A stretch of 38,847 nucleotides of DNA from Kiritimatiellota bacterium (GCA_030590505.1 JAUUYH010000001.1:1-38847), one strand, 5' to 3'. Counted from the stretch's first letter, positions 16,498-26,837 are shown. Translations and numbers: made by a program. The notes: generated by a model from the letters alone, not told the origin.

Positions 16498-17717
16498 TGA
16501 ATAAAGAAGATTTTTTTAATACAGTAAATAATCTGCCCGCATGGGACACACATAATCATCTAGATGGCAGTACACATTTATCTGCTCAGAATTTTTTGGA
16601 TATAGGTCATTATTTTTGGTTCTGTCGAGAACTTAATGCCGTTGGTTATCCATTTAGTGGAGTAGGAAAACTACCAGAATCTGAAAAACTGAATTCTGCA
16701 ACGTTTATTGATGCTTTAGATAAGGGGCGCAATACTTATTGGAATCAGACCGTACGTACTTCCATTAAAGAATTATTTGATATAGAACTGAAAGATGTCA
16801 ATAGCATTAAAGCCCTTAATGAAAAAATTGCGGTAACTGCTGCTGATACACAATGGGCTGAAACTGTATGTAAAAAAGGTAATATTGCAAAGATCACTAT
16901 CATTCCGACCTATAAAGAAAACGGGCTTGAAACAATTAAGGATCGTCACTATTACTACAAGATATTTAACCCCATAAAAGATGCGGAACTCGAAGCCGTA
17001 TTGAGCTCGGAAAATCAGTTGGATGCCGCAAAGCAATTAATTGAAGCAAAGCAGGAAGAGTTGACCGATTTTTCCAATTCAGGTATTTCAGTATTGCGTT
17101 GTAATTTTCCTTTTGATTCCGATAATGGATTGGCTTCAGACTCTCCAAACTTGACTCAAACAGGAAATACGCCGCGCGATATAAAGCAATTCGTCGGACA
17201 TGGAGTATATAATGCTGCCAATGAGATGAAATTACACTTGCAGATCTTTGTTGGAATGGCTTCATTCCCTGATCAGATGATAAGTGGTGCTCATGGTCAC
17301 TGTTCATTAAATGACACTAAAAGAATTTTTAATATGTCGGGAATCTTTGATATGTACAATAATATCACATTTGAGATTATTAATGCATCGGAACTTAATT
17401 CTCTCGACCTTGTGCAAATGGCAAGAATCTTTAAAAATGTTATTCCTGGCGGACTCTGGTGGTTTAATTATCGCGGAAGCGTCTTTCAGTCTAACATGCA
17501 ATATCGTTTCGAGGCTCTCCCTGCATGTCGCTCTTCCATCTTGGCTACAGATGCAAGATGTATTGAATGGGCTTATATCAAAACCCGCTTTGTCAAAAAA
17601 CTACTTGCTCAATTTTTATGGAATCAGATAGAAAATGGATGGGCTGATGAAGAAATTGCGATCTACGCAGCAAAACAGTGGCTCTATTCTACTGCAGATC
17701 AATATTATACTGCTTAA
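16497..17717 (+). CDS. Glucuronate (uronate) isomerase-like amidohydrolase-fold protein
   Basis: DTHNHL...IGHYFWFCRELNAVG parallels E. coli UxaC DYHCHL...GDHYKWRAMRTNG. C-terminal GGLWWFNYRG...ATDARC parallels GSGWWFNDQK...LTDSRS. About 60 aa shorter than UxaC as I recall it. TAATG overlap with the OppF-like stop. Confidence 0.7.
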   Translation: MNKEDFFNTVNNLPAWDTHNHLDGSTHLSAQNFLDIGHYFWFCRELNAVGYPFSGVGKLPESEKLNSATFIDALDKGRNTYWNQTVRTSIKELFDIELKDVNSIKALNEKIAVTAADTQWAETVCKKGNIAKITIIPTYKENGLETIKDRHYYYKIFNPIKDAELEAVLSSENQLDAAKQLIEAKQEELTDFSNSGISVLRCNFPFDSDNGLASDSPNLTQTGNTPRDIKQFVGHGVYNAANEMKLHLQIFVGMASFPDQMISGAHGHCSLNDTKRIFNMSGIFDMYNNITFEIINASELNSLDLVQMARIFKNVIPGGLWWFNYRGSVFQSNMQYRFEALPACRSSILATDARCIEWAYIKTRFVKKLLAQFLWNQIENGWADEEIAIYAAKQWLYSTADQYYTA

Positions 17718-17812
17718 GAGCAAAACTCTTACATATTTATACTTGCACAAGTCAGCTGATATTAGAAGATAAAACTTCTACAACGAATAAAAGATGAACA
17801 GGAAAAATAAAA

Positions 17813-19504
17813 ATGAATGAAGAAGAAATAAAACAAATTATCTCAAAAATGAGTATAGAACAGAAAATTGGAGCTGTCTTTACCTTTGGATTCAATGGAA
17901 CTGTCATTACACCCAAGCATATTGAAGCAATTGAAAAATTTCATTGCGGTGGACTGAGAATTACCCCGAATGGAAGAAGTTTTGGATCTTATGTGGATCC
18001 AAAAAGTAAGCGTACGGTGGTAAAAATTGATGAAGGACGCATTTTCTATAAAAATGATAATCCACCAGTCGTATCAGCACGGCAATTTTCAGAAATATTT
18101 GATAAACTGCAGGCAATCGCAAAAAAACGTCCACTAGGACTACCTTTGCATTTCTCCTATGATCAGGAAAGTGGTTCAGGTAATGTTCCTTTTTCCGGAG
18201 TTAAAACTTTTCCTCCTTTTATGGGCTTAAAAGCGACTGATAACATCGAAATTGCTCGTAAGGCCGCTCTTTATCAAGGCAAGCAATCTAGAGCTATTGG
18301 ATATCATATATGCCACTCACCTGTTGTAGATGTAAATACAAATTCGGTTAATCCTGAAATCAATACCAGAAGTTTTTCTGATAGGGCCGAAGAGGTTGCA
18401 GCGTGGGCTGCTGAATCTTGTAAAGGATACAAAGAAGCCGGAATCGTTGCGACTGCAAAACATTTCCCTGGACGTGGAGATTCAGATACTGACGCTCACT
18501 ACTCTGTTCCTGTTATTAATGTTGACAAAAAGACTCTTTTTGAACGAGAACTTTTACCGTATCGTCTATTAATTGAACAAGTAGATCTGCCCTCAATTAT
18601 GACTGCACATTCAATGTACCCTCAAATTGATCCAGATACGATTTCAACTGTTTCTAAAAAAATTGTAACTGGTATTTTACGTGATGAACTTGGATTCGAT
18701 GGAGTTATTACAACTGATAGCATGACGATGGGTGCATTGGCTGAACGTTATGGTGTTCCTGATGCATGTGCGAGGGCTCTGGTCGCTGGATCAGATCTAA
18801 TTTTAATGAAGGCCCAGAATAATCTGATTGATGCGTCATGCAGTACTGTTATGGAGTATCTAGATGCAGGTACGCTTACGGAAAAGGATCTCGATGAAAA
18901 GATTTTTAGAATTCTGCGTATGAAAAGCAATTATGGGATTTTTGGTAAGACTTCTGATATCGATGAATTTGAAAAACTCTCAAAAGATAAAGAGTTGATT
19001 GAGCTAGTTAGCGAAACTGCAAGATGTACCACTCAACTTGTCAAGAATGAAGCTGATGTGCTACCCTTAAAAAAAGATTCAAAAGTTCTTATTATCGAAC
19101 AAACTGCGGCGAATACAAATACACTTGAAGAACATAATGGGATCTTTTTTGAGTCATGCATGCAATATACAAATGATATTACATACTTGGAAGTAGGTTC
19201 AACCTATGATGATGGCGATATCGAACAGATTAGAAATGCAGTTACAGGTTACGATACAATTCTTGTAACTAATTTCTTCAATTATCGTCGTGGACAAAAT
19301 ACATGGTTGATTGAAGAACTTTGTGCACTGAAAGATAAAAATATCATTTTAATAGCAAACACCCCTTACAAAATATCAATTCCAAAAAATTCAGAAACAA
19401 TAGTAATTACCTATGGTTACAGTCGTGAATCAATGGAAGCTGCAGCTGGCACAATCTTCGGAACAGTAGAACCAGGAGCAATCACACCTGTTTCAAATGC
19501 GTAA
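17813..19504 (+). CDS. Glycoside hydrolase family 3 protein (NagZ/beta-glucosidase-like), no signal peptide
   Basis: KHFPGRGDSDTDAHY and GVITTDSMTMGAL (nucleophile Asp region). N-terminus MNEEEIKQIISKMSIEQKIG is not hydrophobic. Confidence 0.9.
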   Translation: MNEEEIKQIISKMSIEQKIGAVFTFGFNGTVITPKHIEAIEKFHCGGLRITPNGRSFGSYVDPKSKRTVVKIDEGRIFYKNDNPPVVSARQFSEIFDKLQAIAKKRPLGLPLHFSYDQESGSGNVPFSGVKTFPPFMGLKATDNIEIARKAALYQGKQSRAIGYHICHSPVVDVNTNSVNPEINTRSFSDRAEEVAAWAAESCKGYKEAGIVATAKHFPGRGDSDTDAHYSVPVINVDKKTLFERELLPYRLLIEQVDLPSIMTAHSMYPQIDPDTISTVSKKIVTGILRDELGFDGVITTDSMTMGALAERYGVPDACARALVAGSDLILMKAQNNLIDASCSTVMEYLDAGTLTEKDLDEKIFRILRMKSNYGIFGKTSDIDEFEKLSKDKELIELVSETARCTTQLVKNEADVLPLKKDSKVLIIEQTAANTNTLEEHNGIFFESCMQYTNDITYLEVGSTYDDGDIEQIRNAVTGYDTILVTNFFNYRRGQNTWLIEELCALKDKNIILIANTPYKISIPKNSETIVITYGYSRESMEAAAGTIFGTVEPGAITPVSNA

Positions 19505-19644
19505 GGGCAGAGCTCAATGAAATTTGTAAAGTTCAGAAATGAAAATGTTTTGATACTGTATCCCTCCAACGGACGTGGAATAAAACCCCACCTTGGTGGG
19601 ATTTATAATTTAGAAAATTTAAGAGAATATAAAGGAGATAGCTC

Positions 19645-22600
19645 ATGATTATTTTTGATTGTCCATCTTGTGGAACCAAATATGAATTAGATGATGCTCA
19701 TGCTAGCAGCAAAGCTGCTTGTGAGATCTGTAAAAATAAATTTTTAGTGCCCGCTAACAGCAATGAAAAGGCTACGCTGATTCAGGCAACCCCGCCTCAA
19801 TCAACTTCAGTTAACATCAATAAACGAGAAATGACTGATTCTGAAAATAACCAAGAATCTATTCAATCTAGTGAGGAAGTGTTTTCCGAAGAAAATACTA
19901 CATCAACCAAGACGCGACTACAGAAGGTAATTCAAGCCATACTTGGGGCTTCAAGATCACCTAATCGGAAACTGATTGGCACAAGTTCAATAATAATTGT
20001 AGGTCTGATTATATTATTTGTAGTTTTTATTATGATCAAACAAGCATCAACTTCATCACCTTCATCTCCTTCATCTCCTTCATCACCTGGAAAAAAATAT
20101 ACAATTAAACTTACGCAAGTTGAGGACAACTCAGAAATTTTGTTTAAGCAGGCAAAAGAGTGGTGTGATCAAAATACAGAGGAATACGAAGGAATTGCAA
20201 TGCGCTACAGGCGGGTTATTCAAGAGTGCGATGGCACTATTTATGCTGAGAAAGCTGAGAAATTGCTGGCTGATATTTTATTAAAACAGAATCAGGCCAT
20301 CCAAGCCGTGCTGGTTCAGATAAAAGAAAAAGGCGACCTGCTTGTAAGCGAAGAGAAGTATAATCAAGCCATTGAATACTACGAAAATTACAATGGCAAA
20401 TTTGTTCAAAAGACAAATAGTGATCGCATGAAATTTATTGCTGATATAAAAACAATTCTTGAAAAGAAGAGAGTCGCGGAAGAGCAAATAAGGCTTGAAC
20501 AACAGAGATGTAAAGATCTTTTAATTGATTCAGTTGTCACTGTTCTAATACAGAAAGGCCCGAACGATGCACTAGGGGAAATTGATGCAAAATTGATAAC
20601 TTATGATTTCCTTAAAGATGATGATGAGATAAAGGACATATATGAATTATTGAAAAAAAATATAAATATCCGAAGTCTTGTGCAGAGTGCCTTAAAAGAA
20701 CAAATTGGAAAAACCTTAACTTTGCAGTTAAAGAACGGTTCCCAAAAGACACTGAAAATTTTCAATGTTACAGAAAACAATGTGCTTGAAGGAAAAAAGA
20801 GAATTGGAGCATCGTCATTCATTACTCTCAAATTGCCACTAAATAAATTATCAAAAGCAGAGCAATTTAAGCTAACGGGCATCTCCTCCAATACTCCTGA
20901 GGTTAATCTTGGAAAAGGTCTTTACGCATTAAAAAACAAAGTACATTCTCTTTCGAAAAAGTATTTTGAACAAGTCGGAACTCTTCTGCAGCCAAAGCTT
21001 TTATCAGTAATAGAAACTTTATCTGATAACCAAATAGAACAATCTGCGGAAAAAGATTTTTACTATGTATTAAAATTTGCAAAAATAGATGTAACTGTAA
21101 AATTTGATGTTGATAAATATGTTGCCGCTTTGGGCCCCCCTTTAAGCTCATCTATAATAAAACAACTTAAGAGCAAGACAAAAGCCTTTATGGAAACATA
21201 TTCAACAACTGAATTTATAAAAACAGCTGATCCTGTTATTCAGAAAATTTTGGCAATGAAAAGTGAGTTGAAGAATTCCTATACCACCAGGAAGTATAGG
21301 CCGGAAACAAGTGCGAGTATCGCAAGTTTTGAATATGCATATTTTGATAATGCACAGAGCAAAATGGTCTATATTCCATATTCTAAAACTGAAGATTGCA
21401 TCTCTGATTTTTCATCTTGTGGCTATAAAGGTGGAGGAATAGCACTACCAGATGTACCTATTGTTATAACTTTAAATCCAAGTGGTAGCGGTAAGGATGA
21501 TACCGCACATATTCAGAAAGCAATTGACAAGATTGGTGCAATGAATCTTCAAAAAAATGGATTCCGCGGAACCCTGCTACTCAAAAAAGGCGTTTACAAC
21601 ATAACAGGAACCCTCAAGATTGTTAAAAATGGCATTGTCTTGCGCGGAGAAGGTAATGGCAAAAACGGGACGGTATTATTTGCAACTGGGGAGAAAAGGG
21701 ACTCATTGATCATTGTTGATTCTGGGAAGAGACCAACTCCTAGAAAAAATCCGAGTAAAATTACCGACTTGGTTGTTCCTGTTGGAGCAAAAAGTTTTAA
21801 TGTTGCCTTGATTAGCCAATTAAAAGTAGGAGATCATATAGCCGTTGTTCGACATGTCAATAATGCATGGATTAAGAAAATAGGTATGGATAATATTCCT
21901 AAACGAAGTGATGGAAAGCCAATCACGAACTGGACAGCAAGACGTTATAATATTTCTTATGATCGAGTAATTACTGCAATAAGGGGAAAACAAATAACGA
22001 TCAATGCACCTATAGTCTGTGCGATAGATGAACAATGGGGAAGTGGCACAGTTTTTAAATTTGATCCATATAGAGGTAGAAATATCGGTATTGAAAACAT
22101 ACGTGCTGTTTGCAAATTTGATGCAGGAAAAGTTGAAACAGCTGGAGGCAGAACTCACTATGTAGATGAAAATACATGTAGTCGCGTGATACAAATGGAC
22201 TATGTGAAAAATAGCTGGGTACGTGATGTCATATCTATTCACTTTAACCATTTACTGCAAATTGGAAAAGGGGGGCAATTTATAACGATACAGGATTGTG
22301 CATATCTTAAGCCAGTATCTGCCGTAACTGGAGGCCGACGTTATGCTTTTTCCATTAACGGACAACAAAATTTGATTCAACGTTGTTATGCTGACTCCTC
22401 ACGACATGCATATTCTTACGGTAGCAGTGTGCCAGGGCCTAATGTCTTTTTAGATGTTCTTTCAACGAATAATTACGCCTCTTCTGAACCACATCAACGG
22501 TGGGCTACTGGAGGTTTATACGACAATTGTTCTGGCGATTTAGCAATAATAAATCGTGGCAATATGGGGACAGGCCATGGATGGGCTGGGGCTAATTTTG

Positions 22601-22926
22601 TCGCATGGAATACAGAGGGTAGTATCATAGTTCAAAGTCCACCTACAGCATGCAATTATTCCATAGGGCATGTAGGTGACAAACTAAAAGTATCTTTTGA
22701 GGGACTAGATGGTTTATGGGGCTGTTTTGGCGAGCATGTTAAGCCACGCAGTATCTATCTTACGCAACTGTGGGAACGTCTTGGAGGGAATGCGGTGGGG
22801 GATATTACGACGAACTCACAACGCAAGGGGAATATTTATTCGGAATTAAAGCAGAAATATGCAATAGATGGAGATCAAATATGGGGAGCTGGTATTGCTC
22901 CGGAAGATCCATACTCTAATAAATAA
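19645..22926 (+). CDS. Zn-ribbon / single-TM / Ser-Pro stalk / helical region / right-handed beta-helix (pectate-lyase-3-like) protein
   Basis: CPSC...CEIC (Cys 6, 9, 26, 29). TM at about residues 110-131. [30 protein letters not shown]...[18 protein letters not shown] from about nt 21440, typical of the N-terminal cap of pectate_lyase_3 / GH28-GH55-like beta-helices. AAGGAG 8 nt before the ATG. Confidence 0.75.
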   Translation: MIIFDCPSCGTKYELDDAHASSKAACEICKNKFLVPANSNEKATLIQATPPQSTSVNINKREMTDSENNQESIQSSEEVFSEENTTSTKTRLQKVIQAILGASRSPNRKLIGTSSIIIVGLIILFVVFIMIKQASTSSPSSPSSPSSPGKKYTIKLTQVEDNSEILFKQAKEWCDQNTEEYEGIAMRYRRVIQECDGTIYAEKAEKLLADILLKQNQAIQAVLVQIKEKGDLLVSEEKYNQAIEYYENYNGKFVQKTNSDRMKFIADIKTILEKKRVAEEQIRLEQQRCKDLLIDSVVTVLIQKGPNDALGEIDAKLITYDFLKDDDEIKDIYELLKKNINIRSLVQSALKEQIGKTLTLQLKNGSQKTLKIFNVTENNVLEGKKRIGASSFITLKLPLNKLSKAEQFKLTGISSNTPEVNLGKGLYALKNKVHSLSKKYFEQVGTLLQPKLLSVIETLSDNQIEQSAEKDFYYVLKFAKIDVTVKFDVDKYVAALGPPLSSSIIKQLKSKTKAFMETYSTTEFIKTADPVIQKILAMKSELKNSYTTRKYRPETSASIASFEYAYFDNAQSKMVYIPYSKTEDCISDFSSCGYKGGGIALPDVPIVITLNPSGSGKDDTAHIQKAIDKIGAMNLQKNGFRGTLLLKKGVYNITGTLKIVKNGIVLRGEGNGKNGTVLFATGEKRDSLIIVDSGKRPTPRKNPSKITDLVVPVGAKSFNVALISQLKVGDHIAVVRHVNNAWIKKIGMDNIPKRSDGKPITNWTARRYNISYDRVITAIRGKQITINAPIVCAIDEQWGSGTVFKFDPYRGRNIGIENIRAVCKFDAGKVETAGGRTHYVDENTCSRVIQMDYVKNSWVRDVISIHFNHLLQIGKGGQFITIQDCAYLKPVSAVTGGRRYAFSINGQQNLIQRCYADSSRHAYSYGSSVPGPNVFLDVLSTNNYASSEPHQRWATGGLYDNCSGDLAIINRGNMGTGHGWAGANFVAWNTEGSIIVQSPPTACNYSIGHVGDKLKVSFEGLDGLWGCFGEHVKPRSIYLTQLWERLGGNAVGDITTNSQRKGNIYSELKQKYAIDGDQIWGAGIAPEDPYSNK
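20053..20088 (+). repeat. 4 x 9 bp in-frame tandem repeat (TCATCWCCT) encoding (SSP)4
   Basis: Units at 20053-20061, 20062-20070, 20071-20079 and 20080-20088, read directly. Confidence 0.9.
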
Positions 22927-22937
22927 GGACATGGCAA

Positions 22938-25187
22938 ATGAATAGCATGGGAACAGAAAACAAAATTTTCTTTAACAAGCCCGCAAAAAAGTGGATTGAA
23001 GCATTCCCCCTTGGGAATGGTAGGCTTGGAGCAATGGTTTTTGGTAAAACTGCACCAAGATCACAGGGGACTGAAAAGATTGCCCTTAATGAAGATAACA
23101 TATGGTATGGTGGCAAGCGTGACAGGCTGAATGCAGACACAAATAAATATATTTGCGAAATTCGCAAACTTCTCCTGGAAGGAAAAACAGAAGAAGCGAG
23201 TAAACTTTCTCGTATGGCATTTACTTCCAATCCGAAAAGGCAGGGATCGTACCTTCCTGCAGGTGACTTATGTATTAGCTTTGATAATCATTACGGAGAG
23301 GTGTCAAACTATAAAAGAGAACTTGATCTTGAGACAGCCGTTGCAACTGTGAAATATGACTTGAACAATGTTAAATATTCACGTACACATTTTGCCAGTG
23401 CTGTTGATCAGGTGGTTGTTATCCGTATTGAAACTGACTCGGACTCTTCTCTGGGGATGAGGGTAAATCTTTCCCGGCAGCAGTTTGAAGGGCTTTCGGG
23501 GGCAGATGGAGATGACACAGCATATCATAACTTCCAAGCTGGCCCTGATGGCGTAAACGTCTGCATGATGGTAAAAGCTCTCTCTGATTGTGGTAAAACT
23601 AGGACTATTGGTGATTTTGTAGATATAACTGAATCGTCGGCAGTCACTTTGCTACTTTCAATAAATACTGATATCAAAGGAGATGATCCTGAAAAGCTTT
23701 GCCGCGACCAGTTAGCACAAGCATCTGCGAAAGGATTTGCTGCACTGCTAGAAGATCATATCTGCGAATATCGCAAATATTACTCAAGGGTGGAACTACA
23801 ACTGGAAGCCGATGAAGCGATTTCTAAATTGCCAACAAATGAGCGTTTAGAGAGAATTGCGAATGACGCAGAAGATGTAGGAATGGTGGCCCTCTATTTT
23901 AATTTTGGACGTTACCTGCTTATCTCATGCAGCCGACCAGGAACCATGGCTGCAAATCTTCAGGGGATATGGAACGATAAGATGCTACCACCTTGGGGAT
24001 CAAAATATACGATTAATATTAATTGCCAGATGAACTATTGGCCTGCTGAAGTTTGTAACTTAAGCGATTGCCACCAACCACTCTTTGACTTAATAGAAAG
24101 AATGAGAGAAAGCGGCCGCGTAACTGCCCGTAAACTCTATCAATGTAAGGGGTTTGTTGCGCATCATAATACAGATAATTTTGCGGATACTGCACCAGCG
24201 GATCCCACAGCTACTGCTGCTATATGGAATATGGGGGCAGCATGGCTGAGCATGCACTTATGGGAACATTATCTTTTTTCATCTGATAAGGTTTTCCTTG
24301 CTGATGTAGCGTACCCAACAATGAAAGAAGCTGCAGAATTTCACCTAGAAAATATGTTTGAAGATGCTGAGGGGGAATTGATGACAGGCCCTTCAGTTTC
24401 ACCTGAAAACACCTATGTAAATGACCATGGCATTATCAGTACAATTTGCCTCTCTCCGACTATGGACAGAGAAATCCTACTGGAACTTTTCCAGGCTATA
24501 ATCGATGCAGACACTATTCTTGAACAAAACGATCCATTTGTGGAGCAGCTTAAAGCTGCAATGGCAAAAATCCCACCCGTCAGCATTGGAAAACATGGAC
24601 AGGTAATGGAATGGCTGAAAGATTATGATGAACCCGAGCCCGGCCACCGACATATCTCCCATCTCTACAGTTTATATCCCGGAAATAACTTCTCACAATC
24701 AAAAACTCCAGAACTATTTGCGGCGGCTGATATCACATTGCAGCGCAGACTCTCACACGGAGGAGGTCATACAGGTTGGAGCAGAGCATGGATAATCCTA
24801 TTCAGAGCTAGGTTAAAGCAAGGAGATGAGGTTTACGAAAACCTGAAGGCACTTTTTGCGGTCTCAACATGTCCAAACCTTTTTGACACACATCCTCCAT
24901 TCCAGATAGATGGAAACTTCGGTGCAACTGCGGGAATCGCAGAAATGTTGATACAAAGTCATGAAGATGAAATAACTCTTCTACCAGCACTACCAAAAGA
25001 GCTTCATACAGGTAGTGTAAAAGGCTTGCGTGCTCGTGGAGGTTTTGAACTCGATTTTGATTGGAAAAATGGGGATCTAGTCTCTGTTAAAGTAAAATCT
25101 CTCGCAGGGAATAACTTAAAACTTCGCATACATGGAGAGAAGGAATATCTCTTAAATAGAGATACCATCCAGGGGGAAATTTACTGA
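22938..25187 (+). CDS. Glycoside hydrolase family 95 (alpha-L-fucosidase type), no signal peptide
   Basis: N-terminal [26 protein letters not shown], then [16 protein letters not shown] and GHTGWSRAW, motifs I associate with GH95. Confidence 0.9.
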   Translation: MNSMGTENKIFFNKPAKKWIEAFPLGNGRLGAMVFGKTAPRSQGTEKIALNEDNIWYGGKRDRLNADTNKYICEIRKLLLEGKTEEASKLSRMAFTSNPKRQGSYLPAGDLCISFDNHYGEVSNYKRELDLETAVATVKYDLNNVKYSRTHFASAVDQVVVIRIETDSDSSLGMRVNLSRQQFEGLSGADGDDTAYHNFQAGPDGVNVCMMVKALSDCGKTRTIGDFVDITESSAVTLLLSINTDIKGDDPEKLCRDQLAQASAKGFAALLEDHICEYRKYYSRVELQLEADEAISKLPTNERLERIANDAEDVGMVALYFNFGRYLLISCSRPGTMAANLQGIWNDKMLPPWGSKYTININCQMNYWPAEVCNLSDCHQPLFDLIERMRESGRVTARKLYQCKGFVAHHNTDNFADTAPADPTATAAIWNMGAAWLSMHLWEHYLFSSDKVFLADVAYPTMKEAAEFHLENMFEDAEGELMTGPSVSPENTYVNDHGIISTICLSPTMDREILLELFQAIIDADTILEQNDPFVEQLKAAMAKIPPVSIGKHGQVMEWLKDYDEPEPGHRHISHLYSLYPGNNFSQSKTPELFAAADITLQRRLSHGGGHTGWSRAWIILFRARLKQGDEVYENLKALFAVSTCPNLFDTHPPFQIDGNFGATAGIAEMLIQSHEDEITLLPALPKELHTGSVKGLRARGGFELDFDWKNGDLVSVKVKSLAGNNLKLRIHGEKEYLLNRDTIQGEIY

Positions 25188-25368
25188 TAAATGTTCTAAA
25201 TAAGCTATTTTGAGGCAGAGCAGGCAAGGCATTTACGCTTTTGACAAAAGCTTGGTGCAATATTTCTTATAAGGCAACGGTCTCAAAGGAGCGGGGATAG
25301 CCCTAAGTAAAAAAAGAGCAAAAGAGTTTAGAAATAAAAGATTAAATATCAATGAAAACAGATATGAA

Positions 25369-25914
25369 TTATTGAGGTCTTTTACCATTTAAATATTTTT
25401 TAAGTTCTTCTTTACTTGCTGGCTTTAGTCTCAATACCCCCACTTTTTCTCCTGATTTTTTAAGATCTATAGATAGAATCTGATCCGAGGCTGAGATAAT
25501 ATGAAGATGCATCGCTTTGCAGCCACCCTTTTCATGCACTTCATCGGGTTCAATTGTCAAAATATTGTTCTTTATTGTACCAGACCCCACAATTGGAAAA
25601 CCTGTACCATTCTTCTCGAATAATGAAAATGCAGCCTTACCATCACTGTATATTGCCACAATAGCCGTAATATCCGAAAGAGCAGTTCCGTCTTTTTTAG
25701 GGAGCATTCCTACCCACGCCCCTACTAGATCTTTAAATTGCAATTTTTTTTGTCTAACATTTACCTTTTCACCCTGTAGATTTTTTATAGTATTTTCTGT
25801 AATATTGCCTGTAGCATTTTTCTGTAATGCATTGTTGCACCCAGAAGAAAGCCCAGTTCCCAGAACTAAAATACTTGCACATATCGCTGATGCACCATAA
25901 TGGATACTTTTCAT
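25369..25914 (-). CDS. Hypothetical lipoprotein
   Basis: Signal peptide with lipobox LSSGC. GGAG 12 nt upstream of the ATG (gGGAGaataaagagaATG). No recognisable domain. Confidence 0.65.
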   Translation of the reverse strand: MKSIHYGASAICASILVLGTGLSSGCNNALQKNATGNITENTIKNLQGEKVNVRQKKLQFKDLVGAWVGMLPKKDGTALSDITAIVAIYSDGKAAFSLFEKNGTGFPIVGSGTIKNNILTIEPDEVHEKGGCKAMHLHIISASDQILSIDLKKSGEKVGVLRLKPASKEELKKYLNGKRPQ

Positions 25915-25937
25915 TCTCTTTATTCTCCGTTTTTATT

Positions 25938-26023
25938 ATACTTTGCACAGATGAAATCTTAACATTTTCTTTAAACTTAATTCGCTAGCAAAAGAAAAAC
26001 AAGATATCTACCGCTTGCGGTAT
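25938..26023 (-). repeat. 86-bp dispersed intergenic element, copy C (variant 2), directly upstream of and co-oriented with the lipoprotein gene
   Basis: Minus strand: ATACCGCAAGCGGTAGATATCTTGTTTTTCTTTTGCTAGCGAATTAAGTTTAAAGAAAATGTTAAGATTTCATCTGTGCAAAGTAT. The element end plus flank forms TATAAT. Confidence 0.85.
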
Positions 26024-26256
26024 ACATGCAATCGAAAGTTAATAAGTCTATCGTATGCTGAATCTATGATAATTAATTGACTAACTAAATGTAACATGCA
26101 TACATTAAATGTAAAATTGATATTCTGATTACACATCATTGAATAAATCAATAGCGGAGAGAGAAGTTAAGAATACACAAGCGAGACGCCTGCGCTACAT
26201 TATTCCTAAAACTTCCAGCCCTTCTGAAATACGAAGGGGGGGCACGGATGAGTGTT

Positions 26257-26311
26257 CCACATTCAAGACACCGGAGGCGGGCAAGGATTCGATTTATCCG
26301 CTACGCCAGAG
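26257..26311 (-). repeat. GC-rich fragment related to the segment downstream of tRNA-Val (tRNA 3'-half-like), inverted relative to it
   Basis: Minus strand GCGGATAAATCGAATCCTTGCCCGCCTCCGGTGTCTTGAATG aligns with GCGGATATAGTTCGAGCTTGCCCGCCTCAGGCGGGTCTTGTATCG at 35573-35617. Confidence 0.45.
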
Positions 26312-26375
26312 GCTAGTAAACCTTTAGCGTAGGTCGAATAAATACTGGAATAATCAACAATAAACTAGCAACCTC

Positions 26376-26837
26376 TTAATGTGCACACCCTGCACCGTGT
26401 TCATGAGGATTAATTGCTACCTGATACGTGTTTTCTCCGATCTTGATAGATATTTTTCCATTGATATCTTTCTTGAGAATATCTGAAGAAACTTCATATT
26501 TGCTCTTATCTTCTCCGACAACTGTTGTTTTAAGCTGTTTTCTTTTTTCCTCGACAATAAGATTGATGCGTGGTGCCTTTTCGATGACCAATGCCGTCTT
26601 CTTATCACTTTTGAGTATCTGAAGAGTTACTTTGCCAGCTGTTTTATTCTGGGTCAGTTTGATAGTGGCAATATTGTCACCAACAGTCAGTGTTTTTATG
26701 ATCTCTTTGTGATGCCCTGAATGGTCGTGAGCGTGGTCGCTATCATGATTATGGGCATGTGCGTCTTGTGCAGTTACACTACCACCATAAATTGCAACAC
26801 TACCGAGTACCGCGATTAGTAACATTTTCTTTTTCAT
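26376..26837 (-). CDS. His-rich periplasmic protein, last gene of the metal-efflux operon (putative metal-binding accessory protein)
   Basis: ATG at 26837 with AAGGAGA upstream (the track start at 26900 would overlap the RND gene). Signal peptide, then AQDAHAHNHDSDHAHDHSGHHKE. C-terminus HEHGAGCAH. Confidence 0.65.
   Translation of the reverse strand: MKKKMLLIAVLGSVAIYGGSVTAQDAHAHNHDSDHAHDHSGHHKEIIKTLTVGDNIATIKLTQNKTAGKVTLQILKSDKKTALVIEKAPRINLIVEEKRKQLKTTVVGEDKSKYEVSSDILKKDINGKISIKIGENTYQVAINPHEHGAGCAH

Noticed and set aside
22931-22945. Tiny ORF ATGGCAAATGAATAG overlapping the GH95 start
   Set aside because: It has four codons and no independent signal. It is most likely incidental to the GH95 ribosome-binding region.
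25212-25320. Further scattered similarities between GC-richer intergenic snippets (GCCCTAAG at about 25300 and about 580; GTGCTA..GGGAG at about 615 and about 35670)
   Set aside because: The matches are short (6-10 nt) and gapped. By eye I cannot separate them from chance, so formal alignment is needed.
26139-26345. GC-rich island as tmRNA, RNase P RNA, SRP RNA or 6S RNA
   Set aside because: I found no tmRNA ends (GGGG...ACCA with a tag ORF), no RNase P GAGGAAAGUCC box and no SRP GGAA/AGCA domain-IV motif. 6S cannot be excluded by eye but nothing supports it. The region is reported only as an unexplained island.
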